The notes under the pieces were generated by a model, which searched no databases, had not been told where the DNA came from, and saw only the letters and a program-made list of their open reading frames with translations. The position numbers and the translations under genes were made by a program. From a virus (Duplodnaviria > Heunggongvirae > Uroviricota > Caudoviricetes): a stretch of 64,000 nt of DNA. This document shows, one piece after another, positions 47,209 to 58,007 of this stretch. The first letter of the stretch is position 1. Each line of letters opens with the position of its first letter. Location of the stretch: IMG/VR virus record IMGVR_UViG_3300030616_000569. One strand, written 5' to 3'.

Positions 47209-48128
47209 TACCAGATACTCTTCTTAAAAAATTACGTTGTGTAAATGTAGGAGGTGGACATCTCAAATATGGCCCATCTGTAAATTCACTTCAGTGCGAG
47301 CATTGTGAAACAATATATCCATCAATCAATGGAATACCAATGATTATGTGGAATGACCCTTCGAATGAAAATTGGAATACTTGGAATATTGACGAGACAA
47401 AGATGTCTGCTGATTCATATTACAAAAGATCAAATGGTGACCTTCCAGAAAAGGAGTCTTCAAAAAGTTTTGCTCATTTATTGCATGATTCAAATATATA
47501 CAAAAAGGGTGATTCTCTTCTAGACTATGGATGTGCATCTGGTCACTTTTATCGTAGCTTTCGTGATCATTTAGATAAAAATGTTGTATATACAGGAATT
47601 GACTCAAACATGGAATTTCTTCAATGGGGCAGAAATATATTTGGTATATCTGATAAATGTAATTTTGTTCAGTGTGACTGTAATCATCTTCCATTCCACA
47701 ACAATTCATACGATATCAGTGTTGTTAATTTATTTCATTTTTTCCCAATAATAGAAAGACCACTAAAAGAGGCAATACGTGTAACATCAAAATATCTTGT
47801 ATGGAGAACACCAATTTCTGATATAACAAACTATGTAGTACACCAATATCTAGATAAGTCATACGACAAACTCGGAAACCTTCATTTTGATCGCAAAGAT
47901 ATATCTTATGATATATGCAACATATTCACAAAGAAGTATATAACAGGATTAATCGAAGATTGTGGTGGCACTATTTTGTACACAAAAAGAGATACTGATT
48001 TTAAATCATTTGATAATACAAAAATAAAATCATTTAAGAACATACCTGCAACAAAAGTTGTTAATGGTTATCAAATAAATGATAGACTTGTGTTGGATTG
48101 GACATATTTTGTGATTGATTGTAGGTGA
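47205..48128 (+). CDS. class I SAM-dependent methyltransferase
   Basis: Motif I LLDYGCASGHF; motif post-I/II present. Confidence 0.55.
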   Translation: MIPDTLLKKLRCVNVGGGHLKYGPSVNSLQCEHCETIYPSINGIPMIMWNDPSNENWNTWNIDETKMSADSYYKRSNGDLPEKESSKSFAHLLHDSNIYKKGDSLLDYGCASGHFYRSFRDHLDKNVVYTGIDSNMEFLQWGRNIFGISDKCNFVQCDCNHLPFHNNSYDISVVNLFHFFPIIERPLKEAIRVTSKYLVWRTPISDITNYVVHQYLDKSYDKLGNLHFDRKDISYDICNIFTKKYITGLIEDCGGTILYTKRDTDFKSFDNTKIKSFKNIPATKVVNGYQINDRLVLDWTYFVIDCR

Positions 48129-49212
48129 TATTTTGGAAATAGATCAACAAGCTATTGATGAAGTTCGTGTTATTGGACGTGTTATTTCTGGAAAGACATT
48201 TTCTGGAAAGGAACAAAAACTTGATATTCCAGAGATTTATAGTGTGCAGAATCCATCGATCAAAAAAGCCAAAAAATGTTTGTTAGAATCGATGCAGGAT
48301 CTAGATGATATTGCATTATTATTAAGTGGTGGAAAAGACAGCAGAATGCTTGGTGTATTGCTGAAGGAACTTGGCAAAGATGTTACGTGTTATACATATA
48401 TTGGTAGACATAATAAATATGAAGAGAATGAGTTGAAAGTCTCTAAAATCGTTGCAAAGAAACTTGGATTTCGACATTCTGTGATTGATATTGATTGGGA
48501 ATCGAAAGAAGATAATGGTTTTTATGATCGTAAAATGATACCAGAGATTGTGAAAAAAACAGATGGTTCACCAATATTTCAGACAGTCTTGACAATGTCA
48601 TATGCTCGACCAAAGATACAGGAGAAAATCCTTATAACAGGTGATTTAGTTACTGAATTGTTAGACACAGGTGAATATAGACCTTGGTATCATGGAAAGG
48701 ATATTAAAAGATTTCTGTTCGACTGTGAAAAGTGTATTATTGATACTGTAGATGATCTTGAATCTTATAACAGATTATCTGACATGTATGAGTCGACAGA
48801 TGTTAATAATCTTCTTATTGTCAGAAAGAGTGATAGGATAAATAGAAAATCAGTGTATAAAGATCTCGGATGGAATGTATTTTTCCCTGCCTTGGATGTT
48901 GATGTTCTTAGTAATGTATTTTCACTTCCTTATAAATTTAGAACTGATGGTAATTTGCCAAGAATGATTGTTAAAATGACGAATAAAGAGTTATATAAGA
49001 CAAGGACTACAAGATCGCCATTCTCTCTTAAATATCCATTGTCATTTCATATTGCATATGGAAGAGTATTTAAGACTGGTGTAAATAATACACCAATAAT
49101 TGGATCATTCAATGATGATATTAGAATTATCGAAAACAAACACAAGAGAGAAAGATTGGATAATTTACAATGGTGGAAGTTCGCCAATGGTGTTAAAGAT
49201 GAAAAAAATTAA
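48115..49212 (+). CDS. PP-loop ATP pyrophosphatase (asparagine-synthetase-like synthetase domain, no glutaminase domain)
   Basis: IALLLSGGKDSRMLGVLL (SGGxDS). Confidence 0.55.
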   Translation: MIVGDILEIDQQAIDEVRVIGRVISGKTFSGKEQKLDIPEIYSVQNPSIKKAKKCLLESMQDLDDIALLLSGGKDSRMLGVLLKELGKDVTCYTYIGRHNKYEENELKVSKIVAKKLGFRHSVIDIDWESKEDNGFYDRKMIPEIVKKTDGSPIFQTVLTMSYARPKIQEKILITGDLVTELLDTGEYRPWYHGKDIKRFLFDCEKCIIDTVDDLESYNRLSDMYESTDVNNLLIVRKSDRINRKSVYKDLGWNVFFPALDVDVLSNVFSLPYKFRTDGNLPRMIVKMTNKELYKTRTTRSPFSLKYPLSFHIAYGRVFKTGVNNTPIIGSFNDDIRIIENKHKRERLDNLQWWKFANGVKDEKN

Positions 49213-49918
49213 AAGTATTGCTGGGATCTGCCGCAACAAATGTTTTTATGCTATGCATGATCTTGATGAAAATGATGACGAGATAAGGAAACTTAAAAAT
49301 TCTTATAAAGACAAAAGATGCTTTTTAATAGGATCTGGACCTTCAATTAATAAAACAAACCTTAAACTATTAGATAATGAAATAAAAGTCGGTCTTAACC
49401 TTATATATAAAACTGGGATGAAATTCCAATTATATTTTGTCGTAGGAAATAAAATACCTAAAAATAACACAAATGATCTTTTGGATTTGACTGATGAAAC
49501 ACAGTTATTTCTTGGATGCAGTGCTGGTCGCTGGTGGTTAAAGAACATGGAACATATATTTCCACCATACATACTGAGAGATTATGGTGAATTACATGTT
49601 TGGGATAATTTTCCTCTTGATATCACAAAGGGTGTACGTGGTGGACATACTGTTACTTCAATTGCACTCCAAACGTTGTTATATCTAGGATTCAAAGAAG
49701 TTTATCTATTAGGTCATGATTGTGATTATAGGACAAATGGTTTGTATTTCAATGATAACAGAGATATTGGTTATGACAGAGATTGGGATATCATATTTAA
49801 ATCATATGAAGTGATTCGTAGAATTTATGAAAGACAAGGTGCAAAGATATATAATTCGACAATTGGTGGAAAACTTGAAGTATTTGAGAGAATTGATCTT
49901 AATGAGGTATTTAAATGA
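49199..49918 (+). CDS. DUF115 / MptE-like / Maf-like protein (candidate nonulosonic-acid transferase)
   Basis: CFLIGSGPSINKTNL and VYLLGHDCDY motifs; track ORF starts 49100 inside upstream gene, in-frame ATG at 49199 preferred. Confidence 0.5.
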   Translation: MKKIKSIAGICRNKCFYAMHDLDENDDEIRKLKNSYKDKRCFLIGSGPSINKTNLKLLDNEIKVGLNLIYKTGMKFQLYFVVGNKIPKNNTNDLLDLTDETQLFLGCSAGRWWLKNMEHIFPPYILRDYGELHVWDNFPLDITKGVRGGHTVTSIALQTLLYLGFKEVYLLGHDCDYRTNGLYFNDNRDIGYDRDWDIIFKSYEVIRRIYERQGAKIYNSTIGGKLEVFERIDLNEVFK

Positions 49919-50571
49919 TTGATGGAGACAGAACATTATGTGTAATTCTTGCACGTGGTGGAAGTAAAAGAATACCAAGAAAGAATATCAAAGAAATGTG
50001 TGGAAAACCCCTAATATATTATACAATAAGTGAAGCTTTAAAATCAAATGTCACTTCAGTTGTTGTATCATCAGATGATGATGAAATACTAAAAATTTCA
50101 AAAAGATTTGGTGCTGCTGTAATAAAAAGACCTAAATCATTAAGTAGTGATAAATCACCATCATATCTTGCACTTAGACATGCACTTTTTGAATCTGAAG
50201 CAATAGAGGGTTTTTATTTTGATAGGGTATTGTTGTTGCAACCGACATCTCCATTAAGAACATATGAAATGATCAATGATGCATTGTCTATACCATGTGA
50301 TGCTGTGATGTCAGCAGAAAGAGTATCATTGACTGAATTTAAATTAAATGGTGCTATATTTTTGGTCAGTAGGCAAGTTTTTAAGATGATAAAAGAACCA
50401 GAGCAGTACTTAATTGATGATATTATGAAGTTAAATATATATACCTCATTACTAATTACTAATAATTGTGTAGATATTGATACGATTGATGATTTTACAA
50501 AGGCTGAGGTTATGATGATGACAAGAGATGAAAATGATAAAAATGGAGTAATGCATGATAAAAGTAAATAA
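49915..50571 (+). CDS. acylneuraminate (CMP-nonulosonate) cytidylyltransferase, NeuA-like
   Basis: LCVILARGGSKRIPRKNIKEMCGKPLIYYTI classic CMP-NeuAc synthetase N-terminus. Confidence 0.7.
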   Translation: MIDGDRTLCVILARGGSKRIPRKNIKEMCGKPLIYYTISEALKSNVTSVVVSSDDDEILKISKRFGAAVIKRPKSLSSDKSPSYLALRHALFESEAIEGFYFDRVLLLQPTSPLRTYEMINDALSIPCDAVMSAERVSLTEFKLNGAIFLVSRQVFKMIKEPEQYLIDDIMKLNIYTSLLITNNCVDIDTIDDFTKAEVMMMTRDENDKNGVMHDKSK

Positions 50572-50758
50572 ACTCAATAAATCACTATTTTTTGTTTTCT
50601 TAACATCATCTGTTGTAACACTAATATTTGGTGTATTATGTTCAATGGTTCCTGAGTGGTATATAGCTCCATCAATATATGCTGCAATATTTGCTACATC
50701 GTTTTTCACATCATATTTTGTTTGGTTAACATATTTTTGCGGTCGTGATAAAAAATGA
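50555..50758 (+). CDS. small membrane protein
   Basis: 67 aa, two TM. Confidence 0.35.
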   Translation: MIKVNKLNKSLFFVFLTSSVVTLIFGVLCSMVPEWYIAPSIYAAIFATSFFTSYFVWLTYFCGRDKK

Positions 50759-51021
50759 TATTAAATAACACAACAAAGGTATTTTTAGTAATATGGTTGT
50801 TGATTGGAGTAGTTGTCTTTGCAAACATAGTTACATATGATAAACATAAAGTGATAACAAGTGATCTGACTGATGAAAGTCTAAGATATTGGGAATTTGA
50901 GTATGTCTCTGGAATAAAACATCCTGATTTTCCATTTTTGGTCCTGGTTTATTTTGTGTCGATGATAATGATATGTATATTACTACAAGGTGAACCAAAT
51001 GATAAAAGGAAGGAATCATGA
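50755..51021 (+). CDS. small membrane protein
   Basis: 88 aa, two TM; ATGA overlap. Confidence 0.35.
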   Translation: MILNNTTKVFLVIWLLIGVVVFANIVTYDKHKVITSDLTDESLRYWEFEYVSGIKHPDFPFLVLVYFVSMIMICILLQGEPNDKRKES

Positions 51022-51803
51022 AGATATTTGTAGCTTCTTTCAATAGGGCATCAAATGGTGCGATAAGTAAGTTAGTACGTGTGATGTCAGAGGAAAAAAT
51101 ATATACAAAGACACCTATTTCTGCTGATTACATAATGATTGTTGGTGATAGAGTTGAATCTTTTGATTTTGCACTAAATTGTTTTAGATCCAATATTCCA
51201 ATTATACATCTTTGGGCTGGTGAAAAGAGTAGTTGGGCGACACACGACGATGTGTATCGTCATGCTATAACAATGATGAGTACGATGCAACTCTGTACGA
51301 ATGATGATGCACAAAAAACTGTAAGAGATCTTTTAAAATCTGTTGGAAAAAAGTCAAATGCACATATTGTTGGTAATTTGATGTTTGACAATCTTGAAAT
51401 TGATGAGTCAATTGTCCCTAATTATCCATATGATGTTGTTTTGTACAACCCAAAGACAGTTGGAACTGAAAAGGATGTTCTTGATGATATAATGGATATT
51501 CGTATAATATTAAAAGACCACTATTTCTGGATTGAACCAAATGGAGATAAATATAGTGAATTATTATCTGATTTTATAACAGATAAGACTTTTCCAAGAC
51601 CACAATTTCTTGGTCTACTGAAACATTGTGATAGATTTATCACAAATTCATCCTGCCAATATTATGAGGCACCATTTGTTATGAAGGATGGTGACATTAT
51701 ACAGATAGGTGATCGTAATAAGACACGTTCTTCTTCTAAATCTAACATGAAGATACCTGATGCAACTGACAACATTATCAAGTTATTGAGGTCATTAAAA
51801 TGA
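51018..51803 (+). CDS. short UDP-GlcNAc 2-epimerase (hydrolysing, NeuC-like)
   Basis: ADYIMIVGDRVESFDFALNCFRSNIPIIHLWAGEKSS aligns with epimerase PDxVLVxGDRxE..A.AAxxxxIPVxHxxGGE core; only 261 aa. Confidence 0.5.
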   Translation: MKIFVASFNRASNGAISKLVRVMSEEKIYTKTPISADYIMIVGDRVESFDFALNCFRSNIPIIHLWAGEKSSWATHDDVYRHAITMMSTMQLCTNDDAQKTVRDLLKSVGKKSNAHIVGNLMFDNLEIDESIVPNYPYDVVLYNPKTVGTEKDVLDDIMDIRIILKDHYFWIEPNGDKYSELLSDFITDKTFPRPQFLGLLKHCDRFITNSSCQYYEAPFVMKDGDIIQIGDRNKTRSSSKSNMKIPDATDNIIKLLRSLK

Positions 51804-52000
51804 ATGAGGAATCTATTGACTTTATAACTAATATCTTTATTGGTGCATTATTTTTTGGTTCAATCGATCAAATTTTTAAATTTTTTGGATTCAATTGGGG
51901 TGATTATATATTTGCCACAGTTATTGTTGTATTCTCAATATTTATGATTTATAGATTTATACATACATTTGGATTATTTAGGAGACAAAGTAATGAGTAG
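51800..52000 (+). CDS. small membrane protein
   Basis: 66 aa, 2 TM. Confidence 0.3.
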   Translation: MNEESIDFITNIFIGALFFGSIDQIFKFFGFNWGDYIFATVIVVFSIFMIYRFIHTFGLFRRQSNE

Positions 52001-52439
52001 ATTTAAGAATTGGAAAGCACCTAGATTTGATGCTATGGGTAATGCTTATCCTAGTAGTGATACAACGATGATTGGTATACTTAATTCGTATGGCTGGAGA
52101 TGTCAACATTATGGGAATCTAAAACTAGGAATAGGTGTTGATATTGGTTGCTTTTCTTACCTAAATGCAAAATATGGAATAAAACTAGGTGACAATGTTC
52201 AGGTTGGATCACATTGTTCTTTATACACAGAGTCTACGATAGATGGTAACATTGGTGAAATAGACATTGGAGAAAATTCATGTATTGGAACTCACTCAAC
52301 CATTATGCCAAATGTAAAAATAGGAAAAAATTCAATTATTGCAGCACATTCATTTGTGAAAAGCGGATCAGTGATACCATCATTTGAGCTTTGGTTAGGT
52401 ATTCCAGCAAAAAAACAAAAGAGGATCAACCATGGTTAA
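51969..52439 (+). CDS. left-handed beta-helix (hexapeptide-repeat) acetyltransferase
   Basis: Repeats IGVDIGCFSY..IKLGDNVQVGSHCSLY..IGENSCIGTHSTIMPNVKIGKNSIIAAHSFV. Confidence 0.6.
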   Translation: MDYLGDKVMSRFKNWKAPRFDAMGNAYPSSDTTMIGILNSYGWRCQHYGNLKLGIGVDIGCFSYLNAKYGIKLGDNVQVGSHCSLYTESTIDGNIGEIDIGENSCIGTHSTIMPNVKIGKNSIIAAHSFVKSGSVIPSFELWLGIPAKKQKRINHG

Positions 52440-52620
52440 ACTCTATGAGTCGTTTTATGAAATAGTTGGTAATAAAAAATCTTATTTTAGATGTGGAACA
52501 ATTGAAGGCGCAAGATCAAAAAAAGAAAAAATAGATAAAAGGATTATACATAGATTGTTAAATCTAAAGACAAAGATAATCTATGTTGATAAAGTCTTAG
52601 AGTGGCTTGATGTCGAATGA
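52432..52620 (+). CDS. small hypothetical protein
   Basis: 62-aa ORF. Confidence 0.3.
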   Translation: MVKLYESFYEIVGNKKSYFRCGTIEGARSKKEKIDKRIIHRLLNLKTKIIYVDKVLEWLDVE

Positions 52621-52669
52621 TATTGATAAGAAGATATATTATGGATAGTGAAGATAAAGAGGAATTTAA

Positions 52670-53770
52670 GTGAAATATTGTAAAAAATGCGTCATGAATG
52701 ACAAAAGACCAGGAATAAAATTTAATGATGAGGGAATATGTTATCCTTGTCTAAATGCAGAGAAGACGAAAACTACTGATTGGGACAAACGTGATGTTGA
52801 GTTAAAACGTCTTGCAAAAAGATATCATAGAGGTGATAATTACTATGATTGTATCATTCCAGCATCAGGTGGAAAGGATAGTTATTTTCAGACGTTTGTA
52901 ATGAAAGAATATCTTGGTATGAATCCACTAATTGTTTGTGTCAAAGATCCATTTTCACATACACAAACTGGTGAGGAAAATCTCTATAACATGTGTGATT
53001 CATTTGATGTTGATTTGATAACATACACATTGAGTCCAGATACGACAAGAAAGATGGTTAGACTTGCATTTGAAAATTTTGGTTCGCCAAATTGGCCAAT
53101 AGATCTTGCTATCTATTCTGTACCTCTAAAAATGGCACTGCAATTAGGGATTGAACTCGTTGTCTATGGTGAAGATATATCTTATACATATGGTGGACCA
53201 GATGCAGTTGAAACATACTCTGCAAAAAATCAGATAAAAAATAATGTTGTTCAACCAATAGATTGGAAATGGTGGTATTCTAATGGTATCAATAAGAAAG
53301 ATGTTGAATTCATCAAGTATCCATCTGGTAAATTGATCGATGAGCTTGAACCCATTTATCTAAGTTACTTTTTTGATTGGAATGGAAAGACAAATGCTGA
53401 GTTTGCAAAAAATTATGGATTTAAGACATTGGATCATGAATGGATAAGAAATGGGTTTATTGAGCAATATGATCAGATAGATTCTGTTGGATATCTTCTA
53501 CATCCTTGGTTGAAATATCCTAAATTTGGACATGCTCGTGCAACTGATGTTGCTTGTAATTGGATTCGTAATGGTGATATAAAAAGGGAAGAAGGAATAA
53601 AACTTGTGAATGAAAACGATCATAAACTTGACGAACTTATTGTTGAAGATTTCTTGAATTTCACAGGATATTCATATAATGAATTTTATGAAATTCTGAA
53701 TAAGTTATACAATCGTGATTTATTTGAGTTTAAGAAAAATGTGTGGACTAAAAAATTTAATTTAAAGTGA
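52670..53770 (+). CDS. N-acetyl-sugar amidotransferase (PP-loop, WbuX/PseA-type)
   Basis: N-terminal Zn-ribbon CKKCVMNDKRP...GICYPC plus PP-loop IIPASGGKDS. Confidence 0.6.
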   Translation: MKYCKKCVMNDKRPGIKFNDEGICYPCLNAEKTKTTDWDKRDVELKRLAKRYHRGDNYYDCIIPASGGKDSYFQTFVMKEYLGMNPLIVCVKDPFSHTQTGEENLYNMCDSFDVDLITYTLSPDTTRKMVRLAFENFGSPNWPIDLAIYSVPLKMALQLGIELVVYGEDISYTYGGPDAVETYSAKNQIKNNVVQPIDWKWWYSNGINKKDVEFIKYPSGKLIDELEPIYLSYFFDWNGKTNAEFAKNYGFKTLDHEWIRNGFIEQYDQIDSVGYLLHPWLKYPKFGHARATDVACNWIRNGDIKREEGIKLVNENDHKLDELIVEDFLNFTGYSYNEFYEILNKLYNRDLFEFKKNVWTKKFNLK

Positions 53771-53774
53771 TAAT

Positions 53775-53969
53775 ATGAATTATTGGCAATCGATATTTCT
53801 TTGTGCATTTATATTTATATGTACAATGAATATTATAAATGTTATTCGTGAACATGATTTTCTATTTATCTGTGGAATGATTGGCATGCCGATTGTTGGA
53901 TTCATGTTTGCTTTATTTTCTGATGACTTACCATTTTATAAAAAAGTCAGGTGGTTGATAATAAAATGA
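53775..53969 (+). CDS. small membrane protein
   Basis: 64 aa. Confidence 0.3.
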   Translation: MNYWQSIFLCAFIFICTMNIINVIREHDFLFICGMIGMPIVGFMFALFSDDLPFYKKVRWLIIK

Positions 53970-54643
53970 CGTTTATAATAGCTGAAGCTGGTATAAATCA
54001 CAATGGTGATTTAAAACTAGCAAAGGATCTTGTTGATTCTGCTGTTTCTTCAGGTGCTAATGCCGTGAAGTTCCAGACGTTCTGGAATATAGGAAGACTA
54101 GAAAAATATGAATTTTCATTTCGTGATTGGATTTCACTAATCAATTATTGTGAACATAGACACATATATTTTATGTCAACACCACATTGTTTTCAAGCAA
54201 TAGATTTTCTTGATGAATATGTTAGTATTCATAAGATAGCAAGTCCATATATCAGTGATCCACTATTTGTCAAATTAGTTGCAAGTAAAAATAAGCCAAT
54301 GTTGATTAGTACAGGCAATATAAAGAACTATAATAAAATGGCATCAAATAAATCAATTAGAGAATGTATTGGATATATCGGTGATGACAGGATTAAACAT
54401 GTTGTTTTACTTCACTGTGTATCTGAGTATCCATGTGAAGATGGTCATTATGAGAGAATTGATCAAATAAAAAGGTTGACTGGTATTGCAGTAGGTTTAT
54501 CAGATCACACTAAAAATATTGAGTTACCGAAGGGACTTCCAGTCTATGAAAAACATATAATGTTAGAGGATATAGATTGTGTTGATAAATGTGTGTCTTT
54601 GACACCTAATGAATTTAAGGAGATGGTAAAATGGTTAAGGTAA
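53951..54643 (+). CDS. nonulosonic (sialic/pseudaminic/legionaminic) acid synthase, NeuB-like TIM-barrel domain without SAF domain
   Basis: MTFIIAEAGINHNGDLKLAKDLVDSAVSSGANAVKFQTF is the NeuB/PseI N-terminal signature; only 230 aa. Confidence 0.65.
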   Translation: MVDNKMTFIIAEAGINHNGDLKLAKDLVDSAVSSGANAVKFQTFWNIGRLEKYEFSFRDWISLINYCEHRHIYFMSTPHCFQAIDFLDEYVSIHKIASPYISDPLFVKLVASKNKPMLISTGNIKNYNKMASNKSIRECIGYIGDDRIKHVVLLHCVSEYPCEDGHYERIDQIKRLTGIAVGLSDHTKNIELPKGLPVYEKHIMLEDIDCVDKCVSLTPNEFKEMVKWLR

Positions 54644-55266
54644 ATGATTCACAAGTAGTTGATATATTTGAAAAAGAAGTAGCTAAATATGCAGGTGCAA
54701 AATACGGTATTGCAGTTTCGAGCAATACAAACGGTATCTTTTTGTGTCTTGAGTATTTGATTTATTTAGGTGAATTGAAGGCTGGAATGGCTGCTGATAC
54801 AATAGAAATTCCTGAACGAACATATATGAGTGTTCCAATGAGTATTTTGAATGCGATGGTTAAATTAAGGTTTCGAGATGAGAAATGGTCTGGTGTATAT
54901 AACTTATCACCAACACGAATTTGGGATTCAGCTGTTCGTTTCACAAAGGATATGTATATTGAGGATTCTCTTTATGTTGTATCATTTCAATACAAAAAAG
55001 GTATTCCTATAGGTCGTGGTGGAATGATTTTGACTGATAATAAAGAAGATTATGAGACACTCAAGAAGATGCGTTTCAATGGTAGAACAGATGGTATATC
55101 ACAAGCTGAAGATGTTTATACAATCCAGGGATGGAATATGTATATGACTCCTGAGCAAGCAGCACGTGGACTCACACTTATGACATTGCTCCCTGAAAAG
55201 AATAAAGATGTTGCTGGATATCAGGATTATCCTGATCTTAGTAGGCAGATGATATTTAATGTCTAA
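54631..55266 (+). CDS. truncated DegT/DnrJ/EryC1-like (sugar aminotransferase fold) protein
   Basis: N-term KEVAKYAGAKYGIAVSSNTNGIFLCLEY and VVSFQYKKGIPIGRGGMILTDNKEDYETLKKMRFNG match DegT blocks; ~211 aa vs ~370, middle region missing. Confidence 0.45.
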   Translation: MVKVNDSQVVDIFEKEVAKYAGAKYGIAVSSNTNGIFLCLEYLIYLGELKAGMAADTIEIPERTYMSVPMSILNAMVKLRFRDEKWSGVYNLSPTRIWDSAVRFTKDMYIEDSLYVVSFQYKKGIPIGRGGMILTDNKEDYETLKKMRFNGRTDGISQAEDVYTIQGWNMYMTPEQAARGLTLMTLLPEKNKDVAGYQDYPDLSRQMIFNV

Positions 55267-56581
55267 TTTATCAGATATGTTTGTAGGAGAGGATTGCACA
55301 ATTGGAGATGCAATTAAGATCATAGATAAAACAGAAAAGAAGACTGTATTTGTTGTCCGTGATTACAATAAACTTGTTGGTGTTGTGAATGATGGAGATG
55401 TCCGTCGATCTTTACTTCAAGGTAATGATCTTTCTAGTCCTGTAACAAGCATTATGAATGATAATCCAATCACTGATGTTAACACTGCAAAAGATAGACT
55501 AAAACTTGTTGATGTGTCTTATATATTGGTTCCAATTGTCGATGGTAATAATCGTATTATTGATTGTACTGTTGTAACTGACAGTGATGAAGTGTCAATA
55601 AACGAAAAGGATATGAAGAGACATCGTCGTGTTCTTGTTATAGGTGGTGCAGGTTATTTAGGGTCTGTTTTGTGTGAAAAGTTGTTGCATAACGGTTATA
55701 ATGTCCGTGTTCTTGATGTATTGTTATATGGTGATGATGGAATCAAACATCTTTACAAAGATCCTTCATTTGAATTTATTAAAGGTGATGCTCGTGATTT
55801 ACAAACACTTGTAAAATGTGTACATGATGTTGATGCAGTAATCCATCTTGCAGCAATAGTCGGAGATCCTGCGAGTTCGATTTCTCCTGAAGATACGATA
55901 CAAACAAATTATTTTGCTAGTAAAATGATAGCAGAGGTCTGTAAATATAGTCAAATAAACAGATTTATTTTCGCGTCAACTTGTAGTGTGTATGGTGCAA
56001 ACAAGCCTGGAAAAACACTTGTTGAATCTTCAATGTTAAATCCTGTATCACTTTATGCAAAAATGAAATTGAAATCAGAAGGTGCTATACTTGATATGAC
56101 AGATGATAGATTCAAACCAACTGTTTTTAGGATGGCAACACTTCATGGTGTTTCACCACGAATGAGGTTTGACCTTGTTGTGAATTTGTTTGCTATCACT
56201 GCAATATATAAGAAAATGATCACTGTGAATGGTGGTGAACAATACCGTTCTTTCTGTCATGTTGATGATGCTGCTCAAGCATATATAAATTGTCTTGAAA
56301 AACCAATAGACAAAACTGATACAATATTCAATATTGTAAGTGAAAACCTTAGTATAGGTGAGTTAGGCAACAAAATAAAGAGTGTATTCAAGTGCAAAAT
56401 TAAAATAAACCCTGTTGAAGATATTCGTGATTACAAAGTTTCTAGCATATGGGCAAATTCTACCCTTGAATTATCATACGGAAAGACTATTGATGATACA
56501 TTACAGGAAATAAAAGAAATGAGTGAATTATACAAGGATTATACTAATCCAATCTATAGTAATGTGGAATGGTTGTCTTAA
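55259..56581 (+). CDS. CBS-pair + NAD-dependent sugar epimerase/dehydratase (extended SDR)
   Basis: Two CBS-like segments N-terminal; VLVIGGAGYLGS Rossmann; catalytic SLYAKMKLK (YxxxK). Confidence 0.65.
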   Translation: MSNLSDMFVGEDCTIGDAIKIIDKTEKKTVFVVRDYNKLVGVVNDGDVRRSLLQGNDLSSPVTSIMNDNPITDVNTAKDRLKLVDVSYILVPIVDGNNRIIDCTVVTDSDEVSINEKDMKRHRRVLVIGGAGYLGSVLCEKLLHNGYNVRVLDVLLYGDDGIKHLYKDPSFEFIKGDARDLQTLVKCVHDVDAVIHLAAIVGDPASSISPEDTIQTNYFASKMIAEVCKYSQINRFIFASTCSVYGANKPGKTLVESSMLNPVSLYAKMKLKSEGAILDMTDDRFKPTVFRMATLHGVSPRMRFDLVVNLFAITAIYKKMITVNGGEQYRSFCHVDDAAQAYINCLEKPIDKTDTIFNIVSENLSIGELGNKIKSVFKCKIKINPVEDIRDYKVSSIWANSTLELSYGKTIDDTLQEIKEMSELYKDYTNPIYSNVEWLS

Positions 56582-57538
56582 ATGTCATATTGGTTTGTAG
56601 ATGGTGGTGGAAATTGGAGGAAATTACTTCCACTACTTGGTAAAGATGATGTTATTATAGGTAGTAATGATAATATAAACAATTTCTTTGATGAGTTCTC
56701 TGATGCTTCAGTTATCAGACTTGAAACACCAACATCATTGTATGGTGGATCTGTTGTAAAAAACATTATTAATGCAAAACGTGAATATAAAAAATACTTT
56801 AAGGATATAGAGAATGAGAAGATATGTCTATTTGGTGGTTTAAAGACCATAACATTTTTTTCATACATGAAGAAATTGTCTAAATCAAATATGATATTTT
56901 TTGTTGTACCAGATAGACCAGACTTTAGTTTTTTCAGACAAACTGATTCTTGGTTCCTGAAATCAATACCAATGAAATTGATTGGATACTCATTGGGAAT
57001 AGATATTGGAATAACGAAATTATTGGATAAACCAATGTGGTATCTAAAAGAAAAGACAATACCAAAATATGGATTGATGAAATATAGTGATAAAGAACCA
57101 GTTGTTGAAATGCCTGATAAATATAAGAAATTACTTTCAGGTAAAGATACACTTTTGTTATTGAATGATCTTGGTACTTTGGTCCACAGTCCACATATTG
57201 TTTCTAAAATGATCTCTGAAAGTGTTGATTTTGATAAGACAATAGTAAAAAATCATACACGTGATCCAGAGATATTTGGTAAATTGAATGAATTTGACAG
57301 ATTTCCTTCATTTGTCCCAGCAGAGATTTTAATTAATAACCACGAATGGAAGTATATTATATCTGTTTATATATCAAAATCAATGATGACTGATATAGAT
57401 ACAAAGAAACTGTCATTATATAAAATATTTGATTGGAAGATACCAGTCTCTGTGCAATGGATTGGAAAATGTGATGAATATAATGTGAAACTTCCAAAAA
57501 ATATAGAAGAATTAGAGGTGATGTTACATGAAGAATAG
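56582..57538 (+). CDS. hypothetical protein (318 aa) in glycan island
   Basis: No motif recognised. Confidence 0.45.
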   Translation: MSYWFVDGGGNWRKLLPLLGKDDVIIGSNDNINNFFDEFSDASVIRLETPTSLYGGSVVKNIINAKREYKKYFKDIENEKICLFGGLKTITFFSYMKKLSKSNMIFFVVPDRPDFSFFRQTDSWFLKSIPMKLIGYSLGIDIGITKLLDKPMWYLKEKTIPKYGLMKYSDKEPVVEMPDKYKKLLSGKDTLLLLNDLGTLVHSPHIVSKMISESVDFDKTIVKNHTRDPEIFGKLNEFDRFPSFVPAEILINNHEWKYIISVYISKSMMTDIDTKKLSLYKIFDWKIPVSVQWIGKCDEYNVKLPKNIEELEVMLHEE

Positions 57539-58007
57539 ATATGAGAGATATAGAGATGATATATATGGTGCTGGAAAACAAATTGTATTGAAGGATGTTA
57601 CAATCTCACCTTCTAATAGTTTTCTAGGGAAATTTCGTGATAAAGCAACATTCTATAAAGCAGCTTGGCAATCTGCTACTGGTTGGATATCGTTCCCTAA
57701 GGAATTTGTATATTGGACGAGTTTGACTCCATTGAGTATTGCCTCAGTTAATGAATTTCTTAAAATTATTCATTTTCCATTTTATATACCTTTAAGTTGG
57801 GGTTCTGTTATAGCTATTGGTTTAATTATATCAGTCATGGCATTAGGTATATGGTCTTGGACAAAAATGGGTTTAACAAAAAGAGGATCCGAAATAAATG
57901 CACTACAGAATAGCTCTCAATATCTTTTATACTCGCAACATATTGATATAGTTGAACAGAATGATAAAATTATACATATTTTAGAAGATATCCGTGATAA
58001 ACTATGA
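57528..58007 (+). CDS. membrane protein
   Basis: 159 aa with TM (IPLSWGSVIAIGLIISVMALGIW). Confidence 0.4.
   Translation: MKNRYERYRDDIYGAGKQIVLKDVTISPSNSFLGKFRDKATFYKAAWQSATGWISFPKEFVYWTSLTPLSIASVNEFLKIIHFPFYIPLSWGSVIAIGLIISVMALGIWSWTKMGLTKRGSEINALQNSSQYLLYSQHIDIVEQNDKIIHILEDIRDKL

Noticed and set aside
49100-49198. 5' extension of DUF115 ORF (track start 49100)
   Set aside because: Extension lies wholly inside the preceding PP-loop gene in another frame; in-frame ATG at 49199 immediately before the upstream stop is the more economical start
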